Below the pieces are notes generated by a model, which worked only from the letters and a program-made list of their open reading frames with translations, ran no database searches and was not told where the DNA came from. A stretch of 64,000 bases of DNA, taken from Chiloscyllium plagiosum. Lineage: Eukaryota. The stretch is from NCBI RefSeq assembly GCF_004010195.1, contig NC_057720.1, forward strand, positions 66,938,844-67,002,843. Reading direction: 5' to 3'. A program made the translations under genes and the position numbers. This document shows positions 51,860 through 64,000 of the stretch, piece after piece (position 1 is the stretch's first letter; every line of letters starts with the position of its first letter).

Positions 51860-53140
51860 TTTGGGGAAGATTTGTAGCTTAGGTTGTGGATCAGGTCATA
51901 GGTTTGGTCGCTGAGCTGGCAGATTTGTTCTCTAATGTTTCATCACTACGCTCAGTAATATCATCAGTGAGCCTCCGATGGAGCGCTGGTGTTCTGTCCT
52001 GCTTGCTATTTATTTGTCTTCATTCGTTGTGGTGGGTAATATCACTTCCAATTCTGTTTCTGAGAGGTTGGTAAATGGGGTCCAACTTGATATGTTTGTT
52101 AATGGAGTTCCAGTTTGAATGCCAGACCTCTAGGAATTCTTGTGCGTGTCTTTGTTTAACCTGTCCCAGGATGGATGTATTGTCCCTGTCGGACTTGTGT
52201 CCCTCTTTGCCTATGTGTGTGGATACTAGTGATAGTCATGTCTTTTGGTGACTAGTTGCTGCTCATGTGTCCTGGTTGCTAGTTTCCTGCCCATTTGTCC
52301 AATGGAATGTTTGTTGCAGTCCTTGCAGGGTATTATGTATATAATGTTCGTTCTGCTGGTTGGTCGTACAGAGTCCTTTAAATTCATCAGGAGCTGTTTC
52401 AGAAAGGTGGTAGGTTTGTGGGTGATAATGATGTCTTGGGACCAGAGTAGTCTGGTCATCATCTCTGAGATGTCTTTACTGTATGGCAGGGTGGATAGAG
52501 TCTCTGGGCATGTTGTGCCTTCTTGTTTAGGTCTGTTGTGTGGGAATTGGGAATAGTGCTTATTGGCTACCCATTGTTCCTGAATATGTTGTATAGGTGT
52601 TTTTCCTTGGCTTCTCATAATTCCTGGATGATGCAGTGTCTTGTGGCTCGTTTAAATAATGTCCTGCTGCAGCTCCTTGTGTGTGTATTGGGATGATCCC
52701 TCCTGTATTTGAATATCTGGTCAGTGCATGTAGCTTTCCTGTAAATGCTGGTCTGCACCTCACTATTGGCTTTTCATTCTGCTCTGATGTCCAGGAAGGG
52801 GAGTTTGTTGTTGTTCTATTCCTCTTTGGTGAACATTTTACCGGTAAGGATGTTGTTCATGTGTTTGTGGATTTCTTTTAATTTGTTACGTTTCGTGATG
52901 ACAAAGGCGTCATCCACATAGTGGACCCAAAGCTTGGGCTGGATCCTGGGAAGAGCTTTTCGTTCTAACTTCTGTGTTACTGCTGCTGCTGCTGCTGCTA
53001 AGAGTCCTGATATTGGTGATCCATAGGCATCCTGTTGATTTGTTTGTAGATATTGCTATTGAAGGTGAAGTGGGTTGTGAGGCACAGATCTACTAGTTTG
53101 AGGATGCTGTTCTTGCTGGTGGAGTTGGTGCTGTCAGGTG
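51860..53140 (-). mobile_element. Penelope-like element (RT C-terminus, GIY-YIG, hammerhead-bearing terminus), degenerate
   Basis: Minus strand reads PMGSPISG, YVDDAFV, TLPYSKDISE and NIIYIIPCKDCNKHSIGQMGRKL; hammerhead-like core at 51930-51971. Confidence 0.85.
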
Positions 53141-53229
53141 AGGTTATTAAAGTTTCCACAATAAATAATAGGACAGGGTATTGAAAGAGTCAGGGATATA
53201 ATTTCAGACACAGCAGATAAGTGGTCATC

Positions 53230-54635
53230 TATGAGAAGAGGGGTGATCAAGGCAGGATTGAGTGTGTGGTACTTAAGTGTAGTATATGAAACAAAGGTAA
53301 ATGAGCTTGCAGCTCAATTTTGTGGGTATGATGTGGATATCACAGGGACACAGTTGTTAGGGGAATCAGGGCTCAGAACTAAATGTTCAAGGATACATGT
53401 CCTATTGAAAGAACAGGCAAATGGGCAGAAGAGGGTGGAAATGAAATTAAATTGATAGTAAGAAATGATAATGGTTCAGAAAGCATAGAATCTGTATTGG
53501 AAGAGTTGAGGAACTGCAAAGAAAAGAGTATCCTGGGAGTTGTGTGAAAGTCTCTTAGCAATAGTCAGGGTATGGGGCAGAAAATAAATTAGGAGATAGA
53601 AAAGGCTTGTAAGAAAAGCACTATTATAATAATCATGGGGGACTTCAATATGCAAGTTGGTAGTAGATTCCAAGAAAAGAAATTCATGGAATGTCTACGA
53701 GATTGTGGCTTGTGGCAGAGCTCACTAGGGAACAGACAGTTTTGAATTTAGTGATGTGTAATGAGGCAGACTTGATTAGGGAGCTTAAGGTGATGGAATA
53801 TGAGAAGTAATAACCAAAATATGACAGAATTCACCTTGCAGTTTACGAGGGTGAAGCTAGAATCAGATTAACAAGGTAACAATAAAGACATGATGGCCAA
53901 AAATTGTTGTAAGGGGAGACGAGTGAGGAAGACAGTGGAGCAGCAATTGCAGACGTTTCTGGGAGTGATTTGGGAGGCACAACATAGTTTCATTCCTAGA
54001 AAGAAGAAATGCACTAAGGGAGAACGAGACAATTATGGCTGACAAGGGACAGCATAAAAGCAGAAGAAAACTTGTGTAGGACATTGGTTGTGCAACTTTT
54101 GGAATATTGAATGCAATTCTGGTCTACCTCCTATTGGAAGGATGTTGTGAAACGTGAAAAGGTTCAGAAAAGATTTACAAGGATGTTGCCAGGGTTGGAG
54201 AATTTTGAACTACAGGGCGAGGCTGAATAAGCTGGGGCTGTTTTGCCTGGAGTGTCTGAGACTGAGGGATGACCTTTATAGAGGTTTATAAAATCATGAT
54301 GGGCATGAATAGGAAACATAGACCTGGGGTGGAGGAGTACAAAACTAGAGAACATAGGTTTAGGATGAGAAGGGAAAGATTTAAAAGGGGCATAAAGGAC
54401 AACTTTTCCACACAGTGGGAGGTGCGTGTATGGAACAAGCTGCCAGAGGAAGTGGTGGTGGTTGGTGCAAATACAACATCTAAAAGGCATCTGGATGGGT
54501 ACATGATTAGGAAAGGTTTGGAGGGATATGGGCCAAGTGCAGACAAATGGGACTAGATTAGGTTAGGATATCTGGTCAGCATGGACGAGTTGGATCGACA
54601 TGTTTGTTTCCAAGCTGTCCATCTCTGAGTCTATG
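53230..54635 (+). mobile_element. Decayed CR1 LINE fragments (APE region and 3' end)
   Basis: IIMGDFN APE motif near 53630; CR1 3' end at 54075-54635. Confidence 0.75.
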
Positions 54636-55687
54636 TCCTGGTGTTTGAATGATTGACATTTAACCACCTCAACCATCTGTTCTGCTAGGCATGACTCCAA
54701 GGGAAACTCTCCAGGAAGCGTTTTCCCTTGAACCCATTGACTCCAGGTTTACTAGGTCTTTTTGATGCCATACTTGGTTTAATGCTGCGTTGATGTCAAG
54801 GGCAGTCACTTTCACATCATTTCTGAAGTTCAGCTCATTCATCCACATTTGAACCAAGGCTATAATGCTAACACAGCAGCAACCAAGTATTTCCTTTGCA
54901 GGTGCACTTGACAGCGCTGCTGAGGTCCCCTTCCATCAGTTTGCTGATTATCATTGTAAACTATAGGGTAGCAATTGGCTGGGTTGGATTTGCCCTGCCT
55001 TTTGTGTACCTACCTGGCAATTTTCTTAATTGTCAGGTGGATGCTAGAGATGTAGCTAGACTGGAAGAACTTGGCTAGGGTCACTACTAGTTCTGAACAG
55101 AAGTCTTCGTTTACATTGCATGAATGTTTTCAGAACCTATAGACTTTGTGCATCCAGTGTCAGCCACTTATTAATAATGTGAAGTGAATCAAATTGTTTG
55201 AAGGACCACAGGAAGGGCCAAGATGAATCATTTACTGGATACTTTTGGCTAAAGATGGTTGCAAATAAATTTCAATCTTGTTTTTTTGCACTGGTGTGTT
55301 GGGGCTCAGTTTTGAAGATCTTAGCAAGGTGTTCTAATGGTTGCTTGATTATCCATCAGCATGCATGACTGGATGTGGCAAAAGTGCAGAGCTTAGATCC
55401 GATCTAAGGATTGCTTCCTTAGTGTGCCTACTGCTTTCCATTCGATTTTGCTGTAAACATTTTGTACTTTCAGACTTAGGCTACCATGTAGCTTTGTGAA
55501 GCAATCTTTTAAATTCTTATGAATTCTGTTTCTAATTTGTCTGTAAAAAAGCTTTTATTCAATAATTGACAGTGAACAATACTGTGGGAAATTTATTAGT
55601 ATATATCAATGAAATCATTCTTGCTAACTGAAATAGTGTGGCTTTTTTTAAAATTTGCACTTATTAGGATTTATTTTTTATTTCCAG

Positions 55688-55871
55688 GTGTTAAACAAGC
55701 TCTTTGGCTGACCAAATCTAAATTAATAGAGGGTCTTCCTAAGCAGATACTAAGGATAGCTGCAGATTCTGCAAATTATATTGAGGACCAGGATGAGAGG
55801 GTTAAGGCAGCTATCAGTCATGCTCGTTTTTGGAGCACCACTGAAATTCGTCCTAAAAGAAATCGGTTTTG
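55688..55871 (+). CDS. MRPL37: MRPL37 coding exon 2
   Basis: ttccag acceptor and gtaagc donor; 184 bp: [32 protein letters not shown]. Confidence 0.95.
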
Positions 55872-56146
55872 GTAAGCAGAAATATATTGTCATTAACATT
55901 AAAGCTGGAATTTTAGATGTGTAGTTCTTGAGAAATTCTACATGGTCAATGGTAAAAATGATGGAATTCTTACCAAAAATGAAAGAGATATTCCTGATAG
56001 TATTTGAAACTTTCCAGTCTGAAGAGGCAGCACTTTCAAGGAAGGAAAACATAATACTTGCTGTAATATGTTTGTAGTGTAGGATAAAGTGGATGGTTGG
56101 TGGAACTTCTAGACCATACGAGAAATCTAGAAATTGAGTCTAACAT

Positions 56147-56223
56147 AATAGTATTGCATTAAAAACCCTTCACTTTCTGCAGTTTCCCTGCAGAAAGTGA
56201 AGGGTTTTTAATGTAATACTATT
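56147..56223. repeat. Near-perfect palindrome/hairpin: 36-bp arms, 5-nt loop
   Basis: AATAGTATTGCATTAAAAACCCTTCACTTTCTGCAG-TTTCC-CTGCAGAAAGTGAAGGGTTTTTAATGTAATACTATT, with one G:T pair. Confidence 0.9.
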
Positions 56224-56454
56224 TGTAGTCTGATATTGAATTCTTAACAAGATTTATTTGTTAAAAGGCTGCCAACTTTGTATTAACTGGTACATTAATT
56301 TATCATGTTTTGTTATGTAAAGTCCATAGGTAAAGCCTGAGATACGGCATGACTACAGGCTGAATTTGTATTTAAAATGTTATGTTTAAAATCGTTTTGC
56401 ACTATATTTGATCCTAGCCAAGATGACAGTTAAATATAATGCAATATTCTTAGT

Positions 56455-56738
56455 GGGCGGCACAGTGGCTAGCACTGCTGCCTCACAGCGCCAGAGACCC
56501 GGGTTCAATTTCCGCCTCAGGCGACTGACTGTGTGGAGATTGCACATTCTCCCAGTGTCTGCATGGGTTTCCTCCCACAGTCCAAAAATGTGCGGGTTAG
56601 GTGAATTGGCTATGCTAAATTGCCCGTAGTGTTAGTGAAGGGGTAAATGTAGGGGAATGGGTCTGGGGGGTTGCGCTTCGGTGTGGACTTGTTGGGCCGA
56701 AGGACCTGTTTCCACACTGTAAGTAATCTAATCTAATC
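56455..56738 (+). mobile_element. tRNA-derived SINE (HE1-like)
   Basis: GGCGGCACAGTGG A-box, GGTTCAATT B-box and (AATCT)n tail. Confidence 0.85.
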
Positions 56739-58458
56739 TTAAATTTGAGCTGCTTTTATATTGTTATTGTGTTGGTGGCCATTTTGTTAAATTAATTTCA
56801 TTGGATTTTTTTAAACCAGTTACCAGGAAAGACTTGCTTTTACTTACGGATATATCTCCATTTTGCAGTAAAATACTGTTCCAGTGATGTGATCCTGGAT
56901 ATGCCCTGATTCTATTTACAAATCATTACCATGTTCTTATGTTGTAACCTTAGACATCACTGGTAAAGACAGTCTGTGCATATGCTGAATATGTGGAGAC
57001 ACGTTTCTAACCAATATGCAGTGACACCAACTAACTTTTTCAACAGATCCAATGCCAATTTAAAGCATTGATGACTTAAATCTGATGCTTTGCTAGTTCA
57101 TGCTGCAGAGCATGATTGCCCATTTGGTTTAGGTCCATTATCTCAATAATGGTACCAGTTAGGAATCAGTAAACTATATTCCTGATCACTTTGTCTGGGT
57201 GCTAAATTAATTAATTTCATATTGAACTGGAAAAATAGGAAACAACTACATTTAGTAGCAATACAGTAATACACAGCTCACACAACGTAAGGAATACAAG
57301 ACACTGTGTAGTCTCCATCCTCCTTTCTGACTCAGTCACATCTCTTATTTCCTTCCATCCCTGAATCATGATTCTGCCTTTCCCTTTGTTCTTTCATGCT
57401 GTTCTTTCCTTGGTTTCCATCATGAGAGTCTGGTGCACATGCATAGATATTCCTGATGCCTTTCCACACAACAGTTATAAGAGCAGAAGGAAGCAGAAAC
57501 AGTGTTTTCCCTCCTCTTCCTTTCCTGGTTATTGGCTGGGTGGCTGTGCCCTAACATAATTCCTTATGGGTTCTAAAATTGAAGAATAGTAGAGTTAGAT
57601 ATCAATCTTTTTACATCAACCCAGCCCATATTGAAAGAAAAATAATGTTTATACAGCACTTTAAAAGTAAATAATTAACTGTAAAATGGTAACAGTTTTA
57701 ATATGGAAACCCTGGCAGCAAATTTGCACAAACAGCAATGAGTTAATCAATCATCAGATAACGTTTTAATTAAATGATAAATATTTGCCTGAACACTAAG
57801 AATATTCTTCTTTGAATTGTGGCAGTCGATATGAAACTGTTTAATATCTCAACCAAAAAAGGCACCCTCCAGTAAATAACACTTCCTGTTCTGCAATTGA
57901 GTGTCAGCCTAGATTTTGTGCTCAACATTTTGGTGCGGGACTTGAACCCCATAGTCTTCTCAGACCAAAGTGTGCACTGCTAAACCATGGCTAACAGCTG
58001 GTGAAATAAGCTCTTGACGCACTTGTAATCTAAGAGAAATGTTTTCTCAGTCTTGACCTAGTTGTTAGCAAAACCCATGGCACAGACTTTTTAAACTCCC
58101 TCTGAAAGATTGCATACTTGTAACATAAATTGAATATTTCACATCCAGTTTTATTGGGAATAATTATTCTGAGTTCAGTATTCTGCAGAGAAAGCTTCAG
58201 ATCTTCATCTAGTTGGATAGATATTTTCTTATGACTGGAGCAGGTCAGACTTGAATTTTGCCCCTTGTCTATAATTAGGAACACTACCATTGCACCACAA
58301 AAAAATTAGTGAAAACTCAACAGCTTTATATAATCTGAGGAGAAACCAGCATGGATCTAGTTGGATATATTGATCTTAGAATGTATAACAACATTTAATA
58401 AGGATACTGTACCTTACTCCTCTCCATTTTCTGTCTAACCTTTGTGTTTCATTTTCAG

Positions 58459-58574
58459 CCCTGTATTGCTGCAGAACCTCTTACACTTATGCAGGATCTT
58501 GCAGCCCCGATTTCCTGCACTTGGAAACAGGACACTGGCTGAAAATTACCGTGTGACTGCAATGTGGGAGAGAG
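58459..58574 (+). CDS. MRPL37: MRPL37 coding exon 3
   Basis: 116 bp, phase 2->1: CPVLLQNLLHLCRILQPRFPALGNRTLAENYRVTAMWER. Confidence 0.9.
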
Positions 58575-60315
58575 GTTTGCCAATGTGACTTCTGTTTAAG
58601 TAGTAATGTGTAAAAATGTCTTTGTCCTTTCTCTTCAATGGTAAAAGCCATGAATACTCTATACTAGGTCGCACAAATGTAACACTCATTGGCTTAATTT
58701 CTAATAAAATAATTGTTTTGCCCGTTTGTGGAAACTTCCAACAATATATAATCATAGAATCTTAAGCACAGAGTGTTTGGTTCTTTGGCCGAGGCTTCAT
58801 ACAAGAAGCAATTTGCACACACCAACTTCCGCAAACACAAAGTTTATTGAAGCTTGTAGAAGTTAGGTGACCGCTCTGACACTCTTCACTGGTTGTGCGA
58901 AGTCAAGTCAAAATGAGGCCTCTTCCTCTTCCCCATATCCTACCACTGTACTTGGGGTAGTGTGTGGTTGAGGTCATCCTCGGAGATAACGTAAATGTCA
59001 ATGCCCTAATCCTGGGAATAATTAGACTCAGTGATTCCCCAAGATAATGCAAGTATGTTATGCCCTAGCTTTGGGGGATGGCTCTGAAAGCATTTCTGAA
59101 TGGAAGGGACTGAATGAGAGTTTAATTTGATGATAGCAGGAGAGTAGTAGTAAGTGGCTGGCTAAATAAAGTGAGTCATCCACACCCACTTCCAAAATGT
59201 TCAGCTACTGGAGAAAGACAGAACAATTTAATGCAATGTTAAAAGATTAATGTCCAGAGAGATGGTACAATTTAATCTTTTAAAATTACACAAGGAGGCT
59301 ATATGCTTGTCATAGGTCTTTGAAACATCTCTCAATTTAGTCATAAAAACTTCTGACTTAGACATTTTAAAGTACATCTCCAGTTGCCTTTCAGAGTGGT
59401 AAGAATATCTGCTTTTATCCATTCTTTCAGGTTGTTTGTTCCATGTCGTAATGTGTGGATAAAGATTCCTTTTCATTTTCCCTCTCGTCTACTGTAACAT
59501 GCAAGGGAAATTTGTTGGAAACACATCTTTGATGTAACGTTTCCTTTGGGACCTGGCGATCTCCTTCGGATAATCCGCTTTTCGGATAATCGAGTTTCCT
59601 CTGTTGTTTTGAGCATCAACTGTTGCACAGTTGGCGGCACCTTTGCCTCTGGATTGCAAACATGTGGATTCAGCTTCACTCCAGTTTAGTACTAGGGAAG
59701 AACTGCAGTTGCAAAGGTGCTACCTTAATTGAGGCTTCATCTGCATGCTTGAGTGGATGTAAATGATCCTCATTTGCAGTTAGTGTCTTTTAAAAAGTCT
59801 GTCTGAAACCAGCCTATGAATTATCACATTAATGTGACATAAGCCTGTCTTTATAACGCAACAGTAATTGTAATTATTAGTGATGTTCCAAAATGTAAAT
59901 AAATGCCAGTACATTTGGTTGATCTTCTAATAAGATTAATGTTTTCATGCTGAATTTACATTTTGCAGTTCAACCAAAAATAAGCAATTTAACTCAAAGA
60001 AAAAGTGGGTTTGAACTTTACATTCGTCTGTAGCGCTTGTGGTCACTTAATAAAAAAAAAAAATCAAGCAACTGAAAAAAAATTACTTTTTGCTCAGGTT
60101 GAAGTTGTCAGCAAATGGTTAACTGGAAATGATCAAAACTGCATCCATCTTGTTTCAGATGTCTATGTATTCTGTTCATTTTGCATATTATTTTTGTACT
60201 CCTCTTTCAAATGCACATGATTGAGAGGGGATAGTATTTAACTACAGACCTTCTGATAAGCAAATGGAACATAGTGGTTAGCACATGGATTGATGACTGT
60301 TAAATTTCTTTGCAG

Positions 60316-60501
60316 AATCTGACCTTTTCCGGATTAGTGGTTTAAATGGAATCCTCCTGAGTAGTAAGCAACCTTTACCAACAGGAGCAGGAAAAGAAGA
60401 GATATTAAGCACTGAAAGTTATGTCCTTCCAACCTTCTATCCCATCTCTCCTAACATTGACTTGCAACAAACTAATATCTATGAAATACATAATGATACA
60501 G
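60316..60501 (+). CDS. MRPL37: MRPL37 coding exon 4
   Basis: 186 bp: SDLFRISGLNG..VLPTFYPISPNIDLQQTNIY..NDTG. Confidence 0.92.
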
Positions 60502-60817
60502 GTAAGTTTTTGATACATTAGCTATTATGCAGCTTAACACCACTCATTTTTGGAATTGGCAAAACACTGAGCACCCTTTTTTTTTGTTGATTGATTGAAG
60601 GGACTAAATGGAAGGAATGAAATATCTCATGGTGCTGAAAAAGATATGGTTAATCAAATCAATTAGTTCAATTGAATGAAATATTGTTTGTGACATGAAT
60701 TTTTATATCAAGCATTCCAAAGTCAATGTGGTTTACATATAAGAGTTTTTTGAGGAAGATTAGGACTTCTACATTACTCTTACCCATTTACAATTTTTAT
60801 TAATTGTGTTGGTACAG

Positions 60818-60972
60818 GCTTCCGTGATGGGTACCCTTTTCCTCACGCGCACACACTGTATTTTACAGAGTGTTCTGCTCATACAGCTAGGTTCAAACCT
60901 GAGCCACTGAGGGCGAAGATGATCATGTTCACATTTGCAAATGCTTTTGCAAGGGCCAAGCTGCTATATGGT
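60818..60972 (+). CDS. MRPL37: MRPL37 coding exon 5
   Basis: 155 bp: FRDGYPFPHAHTLYF..LRAKMIMFTFANAFARAKLLYG|gtaagt. Confidence 0.92.
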
Positions 60973-61979
60973 GTAAGTATTTACTTCATTTGGTAACTAA
61001 TGAAGTAGCAATTCCATTTAACTTCAACTCAGTGTCATTGGTATTAGACAATATTGTAGAACAAGCACTTTGCAAATTTGTTTCTCTAACTCTTTCCAAA
61101 GAAATGAGAGTTGCAAAAGCTATAGAGACACCAAGAACCCCTATATTGACAAGCACTCAGTGTTAACACTAAAGAGGGACGAAATTCTGAAATGTGTTCA
61201 GAACAATTGTCTCAGTCTGCTTAATGGATTTATTTTTTTGCATCTACTAACAACTGGCTGTAGGAACAGGCTGTGATTGGATGAAACCCTTGGCCTTGGA
61301 TAAAAAGGAAAACAGTGATTCAGAAAAGTATTCCCAGTGGGACAAAAATAGAATTGGATTTTTCCAAAAGTACATGCATAATTTATCCTAACATAGTTCT
61401 AATGCACTGAGCAGATCAAGCATTGTATATGTATATATATTTATATTCAGTTGCTAATGGTGTAATATTTTAAAGGGAACTTTGAAGCAAATGCCTGCCT
61501 TCTCTTTTCACATAAATGAATATAGCTGAAAGTCCAGAATCCTGTTTATTGCACTGATTGTTTGAGGTAAATGTGGACAACACCAGCAGGTGGGGAGTTA
61601 AGGTTGGCAAATGTGAAAAGTGAGAGTTAGTCCTGACTCAGAAATAAAATTCATTATAAGCAGGAAACAAATAACCAGTCTGCAACAATTTTTTACTGAA
61701 TTCTGTAAAATCTGGAAAATCAGTCATTGCAATGTCTGTACATTCCTTTACAAATTGGTGACTGCTCAATAGCCTGATCTACTTTTTTTGTAATGTTTTA
61801 TGACAATTAATCAATTCCCAGTAACTTGAAACTGGAGACTTTCCTCCATCATCTTTAACCATAGATTATAATTGCTGCTGTGTTACTGAAGCTTGGACTG
61901 GCATGATACCACAAGGTGCAACTGCAAGTGCACACACTCCAATTAGATAAACATCTTGATTTATTGTTTTATTTCACAG

Positions 61980-62186
61980 GAAGAGCCAAAGGTGCTGGAT
62001 AATCCTATCACAGTACAATGCATTGCCACAAATGGAAGGATGTTCCAATTCCTGGTATTGCAGTTAAATACCACAGATCTGCAATCATCAAATGATGGTG
62101 TAAAAAACCTAATTTGGCTAGATCAAGATCAGCTACTATATGACTATGCAAAGTGCCTCCCGGTAATCAGAAAGAAAATGATACAG
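61980..62186 (+). CDS. MRPL37: MRPL37 coding exon 6 (no stop; the gene presumably continues beyond the window)
   Basis: 207 bp: EEPKVLDNPITVQCIATNGRMFQFLVLQLNTTDL..GVKNLIWLDQDQLLY. Confidence 0.93.
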
Positions 62187-62529
62187 GTGAGTACAGTTTG
62201 AACTTTGGCAAATTGTTCCTTAAAAGGCAGTGACATATTTTGTATCAGTAGTTCCCTGCCTGCATGTTGATGTCTGCATCTACAGAGAGTCTTCCTGTTG
62301 GGCTGCTCAGTTAATGTTGACAAATGAGTTCCTGTGTCACACCCTATTCCACATATTACATCATTGACTGAGTTTATTTCACTACAATGACTGTGATCAA
62401 CTGAGACCAGAAACAAACTAATTGTACATGACACTAGGTAACTTAGCTCAATTTTATTGGTCCAATAAATGTGGACTCTAAGTAAGGCTCGAAGTAAGCT
62501 TTTTTTGTTGCTAGCATAGTATTACCCAG

Positions 62530-63110
62530 TAGGAGAAAGTGAGGTCTGCAGATGCTGGAGATCAAAGTTGAAACTTTATTGCTGGAACAGCACAGCAGGT
62601 CAGGCAGCATCCAGGGAACAGGAGATTTGACGTTTCGGGCACAGGCCCTTCTTCAGGAATGAGCAGAGAGTGTTCAGCAGGAGAAGATAAAAGGTAGGGA
62701 GGAGGGACTTGGAGGAGGGGCGTTGGAAATGTGATAGGTGGAAAGAGGTCAAGGTGAGGGTGATAGGTCGGAGTAGGGTGGAGGCGGAGGGGTCAGGAAG
62801 AAGACTGCAGGTCAGGAAGGCGGTGCCGGGCTGGAGGGATTCGGCTGAGACAAGGTGGGGGGAGGGGGGATGAAGAAACTGGTGAGGTCCAAGTTCATCC
62901 CCTGTGGTTGGAGTGTTCCCAGTCGGAAGATAAGACGCTCCTCCTCCGACTGTCGGGTTGTTGTGGTTTGGCGGTGGATGAGTCCAATGACCTGCATATC
63001 CTCGGTGGAGTGGGAGGGGGAGTTGAAATGCTGTGCTACAGGTTGGTTGGGTTAGTTCGTCCGGGTGGCCCAGAGGTGCTCTCTGAATCGCTCCGCAAGT
63101 AGGCGGCCAT
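62530..63110 (-). mobile_element. Penelope-like element 3' end (GIY-YIG C-terminus plus hammerhead-bearing terminus)
   Basis: Encodes EEERLIFRLGTLQPQGMNLD, followed by a pyrimidine-rich spacer and a hammerhead core at 62625-62660. ATTACCCAGTAGG is repeated at both ends (TSD-like). Confidence 0.8.
62625..62660 (-). ncRNA. Minimal type I hammerhead ribozyme motif (putative)
   Basis: ATTC-CTGAAGA-A-GGGC(CTGT)GCCC-GAAA-CG-TC^AAAT. Confidence 0.6.
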
Positions 63111-64000
63111 TACCCAGTAGGCAAGTTTCACAGTAAATGAATTGGATTGTTTTAACAATGAACAAAAGTTATCTCCAATATTTTATTCATTTAAAGTTTA
63201 TGGACATCACTGTCCAAGTTCAATATTTATTACCCATCCTAAATTGTCCTGGAGAACGTAATGGGGACCTGTTGTCTTGAATACAACATGTGGCTTGCTA
63301 GGTTCTTTCAGAAGATAATAAAAAGGCAATCATATTGCTGTGGGTCTGAGGTTACAGGAGGGCCAGACTGGTTAAAGATGAGGGTAAAACAAGTATTTTA
63401 CAACACTAGTGGTTTCACAGTTAACATTCCCACTACCAGTTTTTAAGTAGTGTTTCCAATTAGATAAATTAAACTCCCAGCTACCATGGTGGTGGGATTT
63501 AAACTCAGTTGAAAGTTTATGCAATTCAGCCTCTGAATTGCGAGTCTCAATTGTATGGTGCAGGAAGCTAATCAGCTCACCTCTTTACTGGATTTCTGAG
63601 CACTGTAATTTTCCCTGTAAGCCTGCACATTGTTTCTATTTAAATCCACCAAATCTTTGTTATGAGGTTGGGGATTCATTTTACACCATTGTGCCGTCCT
63701 TTACTGTAGACAATCAATAGGGACCTGTCAATTAGAGGGAAAATAGAATTGTATTTGGGGCTGACCTCAAGGGAACCCACAACATTAGGAGTGACCGTAA
63801 TCATTCCAATGCCCTCAAACACTCTATTGAAACTGCCTCCATTACATTCCAGGCAGTGTGTTCTGTAGCCCTACTTACTGTGGACAAAAATTGCTTTCTT
63901 GCCTCACATTTTGCTTCTGTTTCTCAACCTGTTTACAAGTTGGATCGGTTTCTCCCAACCCACTCTGTCAGACCCCTCATGATTATGGTGAAAGAATGTG

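Noticed and set aside
62187-64000. Final MRPL37 exon
   Set aside because: No matching acceptor plus C-terminal peptide was found; it is presumed to lie beyond the window.

Overview
This is eukaryotic, AT-rich, repeat-dense vertebrate DNA. The HE1-like tRNA SINEs, abundant CR1 LINEs and Penelope-like elements suggest a shark or other elasmobranch (inference). Three spliced genes were reconstructed by hand from GT-AG junctions, with reading-frame phases checked. CDCP2 is on the minus strand: 6 coding exons, 20159->8768, about 539 aa, with signal peptide, 3 CUB domains, a ZP-N-like domain and a C-terminal TM helix. CYB5RL is on the minus strand: 6 coding exons, 42860->35926, about 310 aa. MRPL37 is on the plus strand: 6 exons from 49046 to 62186, with the last exon not found in the window. 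CYB5RL and MRPL37 are head-to-head around a CpG-rich promoter, the same order as at human 1p32. The rest is mostly L1, CR1, L2-like and Penelope retroelement remnants, SINEs, a solo LTR and a 565-N assembly gap. The most notable observations are (1) about 11 minimal hammerhead-ribozyme-like cores from three Penelope-derived families, (2) the ZP-N-like plus TM tail of CDCP2, (3) a perfect 144-bp inverted duplication bracketing 1.18 kb, and (4) a 36-bp intronic hairpin.
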